DNA of 64,000 bases from Hemiscyllium ocellatum. Taxonomy: Eukaryota. A program made the translations under genes and the position numbers. The stretch is from assembly GCF_020745735.1 (NCBI RefSeq), contig NC_083413.1, positions 28,768,001-28,832,000 on the forward strand, read 5' to 3'. Positions 38,650 through 51,950 of the stretch are shown here, piece by piece. The first letter of the stretch is position 1, and every line of letters begins with the position of its first letter. The notes beneath the pieces were generated by a model. The model was not told where the DNA came from and ran no database searches. It was given only the letters and a program-made list of their open reading frames with translations.

Positions 38650-40070
38650 GTCTGGATCAGTGGTGCTGGAAGAGCACAGCAGTTCAGGCAGCATCCAAGG
38701 AGCAGCGAAATCGACGTTTCGGGCAAAAGCCCTTTATCAGGAATAAGGGTAGAGAGCCTGAAACGTGGAGAGATAAGTGAGAGGAGGGTGGGGATGGGGA
38801 GAAAGTAGCATAGAGTACAGTGGGGGAGGGGATGAAAGTGAAAGGTCAGGGAGGAGAGGGTGGAGTGGATAGGTGGAAAAGGAGCTAGGCAGGTTGGACA
38901 AGTCATGGGGACAGTGCAGAGCTGGAAGTTTGGAACTACGATGAGGTGGGGGAAGGAGAAATGAGGAAACTTGTTGAAGTCCACATTGATGCGCTGGGGT
39001 TGAAGTGTTCCGAGGCGGAAAATGAGGCGTTCTTCCTCCAGGCGTCTGGTGGTGAGGGAGCGGCGGTGAAGGAAGCCCAGGACCTCCATGTCCTCGGCAG
39101 AGTGGGAGGGGGAGTTGAAATGTTGGGCCACGGGGCGGTGTGGTTGATTGGTGCGGGTGTCTCAGAGATGTTCCCTAAAGTGCTCTACTAGGAGGCACCC
39201 AGTCTCTCCAATATAGAGGAGACCACATTGGGAGCAATGGATGCAATAAATGATATTAATGGATATGCAGGTAAAACTTTGGATGTGGAAGGCTCCTTTA
39301 GGGCCTTGGATAGAGGTGAGAGAGGAGGTGTGGGCACAGGTTTTACAGTTCCTGCGGTGGCAGGGGAAAGTACCAGGGTGGGATGGTGAGTTGTAGGGGG
39401 GCGTGGACCTGACCAGGTAGTCACGAAGGGAGCGGTCTTTGCGGAAGGCGGAAAGGGGTGGGGAGGGAAATACATCCCTGGTGGTGGGGTCTTTTTGGAG
39501 GTGGCGGAAATGTCGCTGGATGATTTGGTTTATGCGAAGGTTTGTAGGAGCACCAGGGGCGTTCTGTCCTTGTTATGGTTGGAGGGGTATGGTCTTGAGG
39601 GCGGAGGTGCGGGATGTGGACGAGATGCGTTGGAGGGCATCTTTAACCACGTGGGAAGGGAAATTGCGGTCTCTGAAGAAGGAGGCCATCTGGTGTGTTC
39701 TATGGTGGAACTGGTCCTCCTGGGCGCAGATACAGCTGAGGCAGAGGAATTGGGAATACGGGATGGCATTTTTGAAAGAGATAGGATGGGAAGAGGTGTA
39801 ATCCAGCTAGCTGTGGGAGTCGGTGGGTTTGTAAAAAATGTCAGTGTCAAGTCGGTCGTCATTAATGGAGATGGAGAGGTCCAGGAAGGGGAGGGAGGTG
39901 TCAGAGATGGTCCAGGTAAAGTTAAGGTCAGGGTGGAATGTGTTGGTGAAGTTGATGAATTGCTCAACCTCCTCGCTGGAGCACGAGGTGGCGCCAATGC
40001 AGTCATCAATGTAGCGGAGGAAGAGGTGGGGAGTGGTGCCGGTGTAATTACGGAAGATCAACCATTCTAG
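38650..40070 (-). mobile_element. Penelope-like element (family A), RT C-terminus, GIY-YIG and terminal repeat, in NCBP2 intron 1
   Basis: Peptides LFLRYIDDCIG, PFLDL and DIFYKPTDSHS. The 3' part is highly similar to 9767-10675. Confidence 0.92.
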
Positions 40071-40511
40071 TTACAGACAGACAGCAAGTGAACGTTGTTG
40101 GTGCCCGGAACAAGTTGGGACAATACCCCTGCGTTTTGTTGTAATTTTTGAGGTCTGCTCCTCTTGTCTCGAGAAACCAATTTCCTGAAAAGAAAATGTT
40201 GATTTCTATCAATATAAACTTTTACATCCTTAACTTGACTCATGTAAAGTATTAGAGTTTGTATTTGATACTTGCGAGGTACTGTAAGTTTGAAGATTTG
40301 TGAGGAAATAGATCACGATGGAAAAGATCTCTGATGTGAGTGGGTAAAACCGGTGATGGAATTCATTGGGGGATCACTGATTTTGGGTCTGAGAAAGACA
40401 AACAGAACTATTTTAAGGAATTGGAGAGTAGGAGGATTTGTATGCGCATATACCCTGTATACTCTTAAAGCTAATTCACGGGGTGGAGGGGGAATAGAAC
40501 GATCGCTAACA

Positions 40512-40610
40512 GGGGGCGCACGGTGGCTCAGTGGTTAGCACTGCTGCCTCACAGCGCCACGGACCCAGGTTCAATTCCCTGTTTCCACACTGTAGGTAAT
40601 CTAATCTAAT
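40512..40610 (+). mobile_element. Internally deleted HE1 SINE (tRNA head fused to tail)
   Basis: A box 40524-40534 and B box 40568-40578 are followed directly by CTGTTTCCACACTGTAGGTAATCTAATCTAAT. Confidence 0.85.
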
Positions 40611-42681
40611 GGAATATTGGTCGTCCACTCAAAAAGACCTGGAAAAGGCAGGTGTGCTTCTATTTGTGCAGTGCCTTTGCTAGACCAAGTTTAATTCATG
40701 GGCGCAACAATGCAGGAAAGCCTTGGTAGGGAAGCAGTGCAAATTCCTTAATTATGATTAAAGGAGTTATATTTTGAGGACTGATTGTAATTCTGATTGT
40801 TGAGAGATTGTGTAACTCAGATGTTTAAACTGGGAAGTGTAAAACTTCAAAAGATTATTGACAAGTGGTCAATATTCAGTTCTGTTCATTTTGATAGGAT
40901 GTGGAGAAACAATATAAAATAAAGTACTGCTGTAATGTGTTGGAGGAGCAGAGAAATCTGACAAGACAAATGGAGTTCATGGTTAAGAAAGCAGACAATG
41001 TCTGAGGCTTTATTAAGTTATACAGAGTGCATGAGACATGAATTAGTTCAGCTGGGCTAATATGTCTAGTTCTGCATGCCACACTTTAGGAAATATATAA
41101 TGCATTGGAGAGAACAGAGTGGTTTACAACATTTTTTTCCAGGGGTGAAACCTTTCCAGTATGAAAATAGATTGAAGAAATTGGGACTGGTTTTCTTAGG
41201 AAGAGCTGGAGATGAGATTTGATTGAAGTTCTCAAAATCATGAGGTCCAAACAGAATAGACAAGGAGAAACTGTTCCCTCTTGTAAACAAATCAAGAACA
41301 GGACAAAAATATAATTTGCAAAAATAGTATAGTGATGTCAACAAGATTACCTCTAAGCTGTGCAGCCACTTGGAGAATCCACACACTCCAACATAGGCAT
41401 TGATTTCAGATTTTGGAAGTCATTGCCACACACAGACCTCAGAGGTACACACAGAAGGAGACAAAAAGAGGGAACATGGGGGTGAAATATGGTTTGAGTC
41501 TGCAATGTACTGCATGGAAATGCAGGTTTAATTGAATATTCATGAAGGCATTATTTCTATTTAAATAATTGTTTAATGTACAGTGTTAGAGGACAGGAAA
41601 ATGGCACTAAATCATGGTCATTCAAAAAAAACCAGTACAGGTATGATGAGCTGAATGACATCCTTCAGCACCATAATGACTCGGTGAACTGGTGGAGGAA
41701 TTTGAAAGGTTGATGGGAAATTCTATTCCTTCTGAGATAAATCAGAACAATATCTTAAATTTAGAGCTAGATCATTCAAGACTTAAATCAAGGAGTGGTT
41801 TTCAAAAATGGAAATGTGGAACTCTTTGGCTAAAATTCTGTGAATACCACAAATTTTTATTCTAATTATGTACCTGGGAAAAATTGATTAGTAAATTGAA
41901 GAATGTATCGACTATGATTTGGTAGCATGGTGAAAAAGCCTTAGGAACCAAAATAACTATTTCTAATCTGATATACCAAACCAATTCATAGCCATTTAAT
42001 TCATTTCATAGTGTACTTTTCTTCTGAAACTTGCATAGTAACATTCCCCATAAAAAGCAATAGGTTAAATGATGGGATAACTTAATTATAATGGTGGTAA
42101 TTGAGAAATAGCTGCACTGTTCCTTTTCAAATAATGACATTGAATCTTTAATGTTAATCTTGATGTGTGTTTAAGTACTTCTGACAATGCAGTGCTCCCT
42201 CAGTACTGATTGAAGTCTCAGCATTTATTATGTACTCAAATGCTTCTCAGGTGCTTGAATACATGGCTAATGAACTCTGGAAGGTGACTGCATTGTTAAG
42301 CCTGAAAGTCTTATTTCTTTTCCACCACACTTGAGAACTTAATGTCAGAATGAGCAGGTAATGGAGGAAAAATTCAACATTTGCTGATTTTGGATGGGAA
42401 ATGTATCATGATTTGTATATTTTCCTCAAAACATCGTGATTTAATTCCCAATTTGACAAAGATGGTGTAAGTTTCCTGAGAGTGCCTTACTACCTCGAAG
42501 GCACCAGATTCCAACCTGGTCACTGGCTTGCTTTGGTCCTGCCAGTTTGAGAGCGGAAATGCATCCCTCCAAAAATGAAGTGCAATGTTGAATTTCTCAA
42601 ATAATATTGTTAGATTATAGAGAAATGCAACAGTGCAGAATGTTTTTTTATTGTCCTTAAATTCAAATCTTCGTTCTAAAG

Positions 42682-42863
42682 GGAAGCCGATATGAGCAAG
42701 ACAAACTGCTGAGATATAGCTGCACTCTCTATGTCGGGAATTTGTCATTTTACACAACTGAGGAACAGATCTATGAACTCTTCTCAAAAAGTGGTGATGT
42801 TAAGAGAATCATCATGGGATTAGACAAAATCAAGAAAACTTCATGTGGATTCTGTTTTGTGGA
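42682..42863 (+). CDS. NCBP2: NCBP2 exon 2 (RRM, RNP2 and RNP1)
   Basis: Encodes [60 protein letters not shown](E). 182 bp, acceptor AAG at 42681. Confidence 0.97.
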
Positions 42864-45800
42864 GTATCTTTTACGTGTTAAGTCTTGTTAAGTTTTAAAT
42901 TCAGTTGTCTGTTTTGACATAACTCAGAGTAGTGGTATTAAAAAAAGACTTGCACTCCTGTAGTGATTTTCATGACCACAAGACATCCCAAAGTGCTCTA
43001 CAGGAAATGAAATATGTTTTGAAGTGTATTCGCTGTTGTAACAATGTAAGTATGGTAGTGATTCGAATCAATTTTTATAGTGTTAATTGAACAATAAATA
43101 CAAGCCAGGACAATATAGATAACTAATGCCAGGGCATCTGTCACTTCCACCAAGAAAGTAAATGGTTTAAGGAAGCTCCCATAGATCTTCTCTGCCATGC
43201 AATTGGATAATGGCTGATTTTTCTTTTTATCCTAATTCTGTTCATCCACCTTGACTGTGTATGCCTTAATACCTTTGCAGGTATCTGTTCATTTCTGATT
43301 TAAATTTTTCTTACTTTAGTTGACATCAGTTGTTTTTATTAGGGCAGTCCATATTTCATATTTAATATGGAGAAATATTTTCCAACTTCTTTCCTGAATG
43401 GTTTGATTTGGGTCTGATTTTACAGTATATTGCCTTGTCCTAGACGGCTGTAGCAGTGGAAAAGGTTTCAATTATCTATCTGATCATTTATTTTCAAATC
43501 CTAAAAAGCTTAACGAGATTGCCCTTAAATTAAGCTTATATTTGCTGGAATAGGTTAATATATCTGCTCCTCCGAATCTGATTGTTGGAGCCCTGTTAAC
43601 ATTCTGGTAACTCTGCAGCGCATTTCTTGCAAGACTAATATAATGCCCAGAGTTGTAACATTACTTCAGGTATGGTCTAGCCAGCAGCAACATTTCTGCC
43701 TCTTTATGATCTGTCTTTCAGTTCTGAAGACAAACATTGTATTATCCTATTTGATTATGTTTTATTGTATGTGCCCATTACACTTCAGTGATTTTTATAT
43801 TTTTGTGCACATGGATCCCTAAATTCCTTCAGACGTCTACTCTTCCCAACTTTTAAGCATGCATTAACTTTTGTTTTGTTCAAAGTGAATGATCTTGCAC
43901 TGTTAGAATCTGTCAGCAACAGCTTTGCTGATTCAATTTACCTACCTCTCTGGTTTATGCTCCTGTATTAACGGCTGCCTGTGAAACCAATATCTTCTAA
44001 AAGCAAATGTGGATATTTTGCTTTCGTGAATTGTTGATACTCGAGCACAGATACTTCAGAAGTACCACTAGTCACTTTCTTCTAATTTCAGTGCATACTT
44101 ATTATCCCAACACTGTCTTTAACTGCTTAATCTCTAAACAGGTTGATCATTTCTCTTCAATTCCACAAGTCTTCATTTCAGATATTCTTTCAGGTGGAAT
44201 CTTAATTATCGTCTGTAAAAATGACATCCACTAACATTCCCATGTCTTCTATGTGAATTAGGAAGAGTAGGCCACTCAGCCCCTCAGAATTGTTCTGCTA
44301 TTTGGTAAGATCATGGCTGATCAGGAATCCTGAACTCTTATTTTCCTGCAACTATCCCATAACCCTTGATACACTTACTGATTAAAAATCTGCAAAATGT
44401 TAAAAAGTGCCATAATGAAATTGATTGGGTGGTTTGGTGTACTAGTCAGAGTCCCCCAGCATGGAAACAGACCCTTTGATCAAACTCGTCCATGCCAACC
44501 AGGTTTCCCAAACTAAACTACTCCCATTTGCCTGCATATGGCCCATATCTCAACTTTTTCCAATTTGTGTGCCTGACCAAATGTCATAAGTGTTGTAATG
44601 GTGTCTGTATCTATCACTTCCTCTGGCAGTTAATTCCACATATGAACCATCGTCTGTGTGAAAAAATTGTCTTCAGGTCCCTTTTAAATCTTTCCTATCT
44701 CACCTTAACATTATGCTCTGTAGTTTTGAACTCCCTATCGTACGGAAACAACCGTTGCTATTCACCCAGTCTGTGTCACTCATTGATTTTATAAACCTCA
44801 ATAAAGTCACTTCTTAAACTCCTACACTCCGGGGGGAAAAAGTGCCAGCCTATTCAGCTTCTCTTTTGAATTCATATCCTCCAGTTCCAGTAAAATCCTT
44901 GTAAATCTTTTCTTCACCCTTTCCAATTTAATACAACCCTTCCTATAGCAGAACGACCAGAACAGTTCACAGTACTCCAAAAATTACCTCACCAACTTCC
45001 TGTATAGCTGCAACATGAACTCCCAACTCCTATACTCAATGCTATGACCAATGAAGGCAAATGCCTTCGTCATCTGTGATGCCACTTTCAAGGAACTATA
45101 TGCCTTAACCGCTAGGTTTCTGTGTTTGACAACACTCCCCAATTTAGGAGACAAATGGTGTTCTATTTCACTGTTACCTTGAATGGTGCTTGAACTCCAA
45201 CCATGTACTGTCAGGGTGGATATGCTCTATAATCATTCACAATTTGGCTATGTATGAATCAATCAAGCCCAGTAGAACCAAAGAAACGATGCAGCACTGA
45301 AAGAGATCATTCAGCCCACTGTCTCTGCATTGACTGAATAAACTAGCTGCCCATTTTAATCCTAGCTTCGTGAGCCTGGTCTGCACCCTTACAAATCACA
45401 ATATCCTCTCATTTATTATGTATTCCCTAAACTCAAATTTGTACTTCTCAAGGTTGAATTCCAATTTCCACTTTGCCACCTATTCTGCAAAACCACTGTA
45501 TCATCCTGCAGTTGGCAGCCAATACGTTTTGCTGTCAACCACCTGGCTTTTCTTTTGTATTGTCAGATTTCCCAATCGTGCCTCCCTCATTTTAAGTCTA
45601 CATCATTAATAAATGCCACAAATGGCATGGGACCTTAATGTGAGCTCTATGGAAAACCACTGGAAATCTTTCCATTCACAAAAGTGTCCATCAGCCATTA
45701 TCCTTTGTTTTCTGTCACAAAGCAATTTTGGATCCAACTCTCTGCATTTCTCTGTATCCCACAGGATTTAATTTTTTTGACCTAAGAGGTATGTGAGACT

Positions 45801-48263
45801 TTATATCTATTTCTATAGTCCATATAGGTAATATCCACTGCACTACCCTCATCAATTCACCTTGTTTCTTCCTTAGAAATTTAAATTGGGTTGGAGGAAA
45901 TTATCTTCCTTTAACCGTGCTGATTATTCTTGATTTATACCATGCCATTCTAAGTAACAGTCTCTGTACTGAATCTAGAAATTTGCCTCCCACTGACTGA
46001 CATAATGATTTGGCCTATCTCTTGTACCTTTTCTGAATAATTGTACAATGTTGACAAACCTTCAGACCTTTGGTACTCACCTGTCTGGTGAATATTTGTG
46101 GGAAAGAAATGTTCAGCACCCGCTTTTTGCTGCCTGCCTTCCTTTTATTTGCTTCGGATCAAATTCATCTGGTTCTGGTTATCTGTCCACCTTCAAGTAG
46201 GTCAGTCCCTCTAGTACTTACCTTCACATCATGCTTATTTTTTTCCCTATTATTTACCACTTCTCTTTAATTAGAATGTCTGATTGTCTCCATTCGCATA
46301 GGAGAGGAACAAAGTATTGTGTAGACCCCTCCCCACATCTTCTGCATCCGTACGCAAGTTACCATGTACACCTTTGATAGGTCCTAATCTTTTCTTCGTC
46401 ATCCTTTTACTCTTAAACTACTGATAATATATCTTTTGGATTTTCCTTAATTTTAGCAGCCTTTTTTTTCAATATCCTCTTGCTTTCCTAACTTTATTTT
46501 TTAACCTCACCCCTGTACATTCTGAACTCCTCCTAAAATTAAACTTCCTTTGAGATTGTCATAAGCCCCCTCTCTTTCTGTTCCTGGGTAACCAGGAGAC
46601 TAGATTTGGCGGAATCGGTTTATTTTTATGGGGGAGTCATGTAAACTTAGATCACTGCAAGTCTTTGAAAGAGGTGATAAATTATTTTGAAAATTTGGGG
46701 GGGTTGAGTACTATGAGGAGCTGGCACGAAGAGGAGTTGCGGCCTTAGTCATTTTAGCCATAATCTTATTGAATGGCAGAGGGGCTGAGCAGCCTTCTAC
46801 TGCTCCTATTTCTTGTCATCTTCTGTTCTTTCACTTTGCCCCACTGATTTGCACTGGCTTACCTTCAGGTAGATGTATGCAGTCCACGTTTGCCAGATCA
46901 TCTCTGTTTTGTAAAATTTGCCTTCTTTCAATTTAAAACTTGTACACTTGTGTTCTATCTTGTCCCTTTCCATGATGATGCTAAATCTACCTATTAAGAA
47001 CTCTATCTCCAAAGTGGTCACCCACTGCTTTTACAACTAGCTGCCACCTTCATTTTCTAAGACTTGTGCCTTGTTGGACATGCTGTTTAAAAACATTCCC
47101 TTGAATGTGTTTCAAGAATTTTGTACCTTTCATATTGGTTCTGCTTACCCTTGATAACCTTGCTATCTTTGTTGGTCTTAAAAACTTGGAAGGACTCTGC
47201 GTGTAATGTTCTTTTTGAGGAAGACTTCCAAGGACTCATGTCTCTGCGAGAAAAACAAATCTGCTAATTTGTTTTAGATGGACACGCCCATAATTTTGAA
47301 ATTGTGACCTTGAGTTCTTGTTCCCTCACAAGAGGAAACATCCTTTCCACGTACACCTGTTGAAATCCCTCAGGATCTTGTGTTTCAATTAAGCTGTGAT
47401 TTTAAACTCCAGTGGGTATGTTTGTAGCCTAACCAACCATTCCTCATAAGACAACCAACCCATTCCAGGTATTACTCTAGTAAACTGCTTGTAACTAAGG
47501 ACACCAATACTATACATGGTCTCACTTATACCCAGTGTAACTGAAGAATTAGTTCCTACTTATATGTTACATTTCCTTAAATAAACAATGACATTCTTAA
47601 TTAAGGAAAGACAAATGAGTTACAAGCAGTTTACTAGAGTATCTGATTACTTGCTATACCTGCATATTAACAGCTAGTGATTTTGTACACTGAGATAGCC
47701 ATATCTCTCTGTATCTCAATTCTGCAATCTCTTGCCTGTCAGATTGGCGTTTTTTTTTATTTTTCCTGACAAAATAGACAATTTCACATTTTCCCACCTC
47801 ATGCTTTATTTGCCAGTTCTTTGCCCACTTAAACCTATTTATATATCCCTATGGTTGCCCCAGTCCAATTCAGTTTACTTTCCTATCCTTGTATGTCCAG
47901 AAAGTTACCCATTAATGCCTCCTGCTTCCAGTTAGCCAGCCTATCTTCTGTCCATGTCAATGTTACCCCTACACCATGGGCTTCTATTTCTGCAAGAATC
48001 TTTGATGTAAGCACCTTATCAACTGACTAGTGGAAATTTAAATACATCCACTGGATCTCCAATAAATTGTTCAAATATGATTTCCTTTTTATAAACCACG
48101 TTGAATTGAGTCCTGTGACTCTTCAAAATGTTAACTAGGTTTTCTCTTCAGATGCAGCCTGACCACCTGAGTTTCTCCCAATATTTTGCATGTTTTTTTG
48201 CTTCAAGTCTCCAGCTTCTGCAATGTAGTTTAAGTGGTGGTTTATCCTTAATGCGTTAATTAG
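42864..48263 (+). other. NCBP2: U12-type (minor spliceosome) GT-AG intron of NCBP2, 5400 bp
   Basis: 5' site GTATCTTTT. Branch site TCCTTAAT (48245-48252) about 11 nt before the TAG acceptor. No polypyrimidine tract. Confidence 0.88.
44250..48110 (-). mobile_element. Patchwork of old CR1 fragments within NCBP2 intron 2
   Basis: A CR1 3' tail CAGCATGGAAACAGACCCTTT lies at ~44457. Degraded RT-region sequence resembles 25606-26500. Confidence 0.65.
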
Positions 48264-48402
48264 ATATTACACACGAGCTGATGCTGAACAATGCATGAGA
48301 TTTATTAATGGAACACGCCTGGATGATCGGATCATCAGAACAGACTGGGATACTGGTTTCAGAGAAGGCAGGCAATTTGGACGAGGCAAATCTGGGGGTC
48401 AG
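48264..48402 (+). CDS. NCBP2: NCBP2 exon 3
   Basis: Encodes (E)[46 protein letters not shown]. 139 bp, donor CAG|GTAAGT. Confidence 0.97.
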
Positions 48403-49112
48403 GTAAGTGGTTTCTCTATAATATGGTATGTGCAATCACATCTTTTAAACTTTAAATAAAGACACAAGATCAAAGTGTATTTTTATCTGGTGTACTTTTT
48501 TTCATTGAGAATTTTAGTACCTGGAAAAAGTACTGTTTTAAAAGGTAGCCACATGTTGATGATTTTAAGTTGTCATGATGTGCTCAAACAATTTATGATC
48601 TGAATCATTTGTATTATTTATGCTCATTAAGAGTGGGATAGAATTATTTGGTTGAATTCATGAGTTTTAATTCCCTTTTGTATCACCCCTCAAAACCAGA
48701 CTGTTTTGTAACTGATGTCACTTGCTGTAGTATTTATAAAAATCTAAATAATGCATTGACAGACTTCAGTATAATGGAATTCAAAACTGAATCCAAGTGA
48801 GTGGATGTTTAGTACTCCTAGGTATATTTTTAAATGGGAGGTCTGAACTGATATTGTCTATTGATTAAGTTAGTTGACTGCTATGCAGTATGGTATTGGT
48901 CACCAAGTTCAATTAGTTGTCCATACCAGGAGTTACAGAAGCCAAGGGAATTTGAATAATGTGATCAATTATGCTTATTAGCTTGGGACACCAGAAGAAC
49001 TCTTTAGTGAACAAGTGTCTTTATTCTAATACAAGTCAATAATGTGAGAATTCTATTAGAAGATCATGGACACAATACATCTTTATTTCCTTTGTACTTT
49101 TTTTTTTTGCAG

Positions 49113-49211
49113 GTACGTGATGAATATAGGACTGATTATGATGCTGGCAGGGGTGGATTTGGGAAACTGGTCCAGATGCAGAGGGTTCCAGAACCAAGAC
49201 AGAAATTCTAA
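49113..49211 (+). CDS. NCBP2: NCBP2 exon 4 (stop; spliced protein 164 aa)
   Basis: T-tract plus GCAG acceptor. Encodes [32 protein letters not shown]. Confidence 0.96.
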   Translation, partial: VRDEYRTDYDAGRGGFGKLVQMQRVPEPRQKF

Positions 49212-49260
49212 AGTTTCAAAGGCTGTGTTGATATATTTCAGATAATTAAGCTAGAACCTT

Positions 49261-49436
49261 AATAAAAGCTTGGGCTTGAAGCAAGTAGCTACTACTTGAA
49301 TGCCTGTGGCTTTGTGATGTTCATTCTTTCATAGGTCTATTGAGCTTTTTTTTCATACTTGCAAAAGAAAGCTGCCTTGCTTCTGAGGTGAAATCATTGT
49401 TTTTTTGTTCCTTGTAATTTTGTCAATTCTAATAAA
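49261..49436 (+). terminator. Two candidate NCBP2 poly(A) signals
   Basis: AATAAA at 49261-49266 and 49431-49436, each followed by T/GT-rich sequence. Confidence 0.6.
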
Positions 49437-50529
49437 AATCTAAAATGCCTGCATTTTTGAAAGTTGTAAACCTCATATTTGTTTTCTTGGACAAGTTGTG
49501 AAATAACAGTTTGAACTTTTCAAAGCCACCAAAATCCATGTCCATACTGTGGCAAATGGAAAATTTGGATGTTTTTAGTGAACTTTAAGTAGGAACCTTT
49601 GCTCTGAATCTGACAGCCTTCACATGAAAAGTGAGTTATTAATTTTAATGTTAGTTACTCAATATTAGTGATATGTGGGTTTTGAAGTTTGACTTAACTC
49701 TGTTAGCACTGTGTTCAAGTTTCCTGGAACAATTGCACGGGTGCTGAGCCTTGACAGAAATATGCTAATAATTACTCAGTATTCACAATGGTTTCCTTAC
49801 CTTGTGTGAAAGGCTTTGGCTACACGGTGCAGAGAGGTTACTTCACAGTGTGAAGATGCCACGTTTACTTAGATTGGAAGCTCTTTTATACAGCACAACT
49901 GCTACGTAAGCACTGTTATAGTCTGATACTAAAGTTGACTGGTGTTGGCTTCCACAGTTGTCTGATATACCTGCAACTCTGAGGATTTGTGGGGAACAGA
50001 GGTATGTCGCAATACCAGGACCTCCTTTTTATCAGTGGCTTCTGATGTAGCATTTGCTTAGTGTAACGTTGGAGTCCATTCACAATGATTGCAGCTACTC
50101 AAAGATGGCTCACCTCTGCTAAAATGGCATTAAATTATGAGCACAGTACTTTAGATGAGATTTCGTAGAATGGTACCAAAGATGAGGGACTTCAGTCATG
50201 CAGAGATCAGAGAAGGTTTAATTCATAAAATCCCTACAGTATGGGAACAGACCATGTGGTGGTCCAACAGGCCCACACTGACCCTCCAAATAGCATCTCA
50301 CCCAGACCAATCTCTTCCCTTGAACCCTGCATTTCCCTTAGCACACTTAAGTGACAAATCTTTGGTGGCACCCAGTGCAGTCCTAGAGTCTCATAACATT
50401 TGATTCTCACTGTAGACATAGGGAAATCATTCTACCACACTTAGTGACAAGCTTTCTATTTAGAACTTTTCAGCTCAAGTTATAACTGTTTGAATGCTTC
50501 AACTTTCACTGTTCCTGTTTTTTGTGTAG

Positions 50530-50782
50530 AGATTCCATGATTCTAAAAGTTCTATTTAGCCCATCAATTTTGTACCAACTTCGACCCACCTCATCCCTGT
50601 AATCCTGCATGAGGTTTTTACCATGGCTAATCCTATTAACTTGCACATCTTTGGACTGTGGGAGGAAACCTATGCTGACAAAGGGAAAATGTGCAAACTT
50701 CACATCGTTGTTTAAGGCTGGAATCAAACCCAGTCTGGTACTATGTGGCAGCAGTGCTCACCACTGAGCCACCCTGCTGCCT
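50530..50782 (-). mobile_element. Older HE1-like SINE (another fragment at ~50225-50350)
   Basis: GCACATCTTTGGACTGTGGGAGGAAACC and reverse tRNA head GCAGCAGTGCTCACCACTGAGCCACC. Confidence 0.75.
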
Positions 50783-51944
50783 CTCACTGAAAATCTGAAC
50801 TCAAACTTATCAATGTTTTGCCTTTACACCTTTGCTCAAAACTGACTGGGCCCAGTCTAATTTCATAAGATTTCTGATCCCAATGTAATTGTATTGTGAT
50901 AATGGCAAATGACAATAGATTTGAGTGGAAGGATTCCATGATTGAATGGAATGTTGAGTCACTGAACATAATTGTATTTTACAACAGTGACAGCAATGCA
51001 AAAGTATTTCATTGGCTATAGTTAGGGACATCCAGTAGTTGCAGTAAGTATTATATAAATGCATTTTTCCCATATTCCTGCAAGATGAGAAATTGCTTAT
51101 TTTTTTTTAAGACAGCCATTTCATGTAAATTCATTCTCAAATTTATTTTTCAAATAAGCTTTACCTGAAAACATGTTCCCAATTTTAGAAAATAAGGTAC
51201 ATACTCTGAAACATTGTGACTTGTTTTTTTTTAAAATGGCAAAATTACAGACTTGACACCAGGAAGCCAGTGTGCATTTATTTTCCCACTTAACTGCTCA
51301 GAAACCTATTCCTCTTTATCAGATAGCTAACATTAAAATAACATGGCAGAAAGACTAATCATCTCAGTGCTTTAGTTGCTCAATATCACTTTGCAAGCCA
51401 GGAGAGTAGTGGCATATATTCAGGATGATAATTACAATTTGAGCGTTATTAGCTACCATGAGAGATTACTAACAATTACATCATATTGCACAATGTTGGT
51501 TGATGAGAAAATGTTTTTTTTTAAGGATCAGAGATGCCCACCTGGAGATGACATTACAATAATGTATGAAATTGTTTTAAAAGATTAGACCATTATCAAT
51601 TTCAGGGAATTTATCTCACAGAAATTGGCTGCATGTATCAAGAAAAATAATTTTCTTCCATATGTAGGCTACTATTTAAAATGAAATTAATATGCATGCA
51701 CTTCAAAAATGTATGCATTTTTATGTTAATTCAGATTTAGGGCAACTTAATTGAATCACATGGATAACAGCATTACACAAATACATCTTGGCAATATGTT
51801 CTACTTTATTCTCTTATATACAGTGCAATTAATTGGCAAAAACATCTCCCAAAAGGAGCATCACACTGCACACCAAAAGGAAAAGAAAACATTATAGGGA
51901 GGACAAAGAAGCCAGTAAGAAAGGGTCAAATCATCCTCAAATAC

Positions 51945-51950
51945 TTTATT
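51945..51950 (-). terminator. Candidate SENP5 poly(A) signal (3' UTR about 2.15 kb)
   Basis: AATAAA on the minus strand followed by U/GU-rich sequence. The stretch between here and the stop is AT-rich and shows no recognisable TE. Confidence 0.5.

Noticed and set aside
42374-42787. 137-aa minus-strand ORF
   Set aside because: Partly the antisense of NCBP2 exon 2, with no homology.
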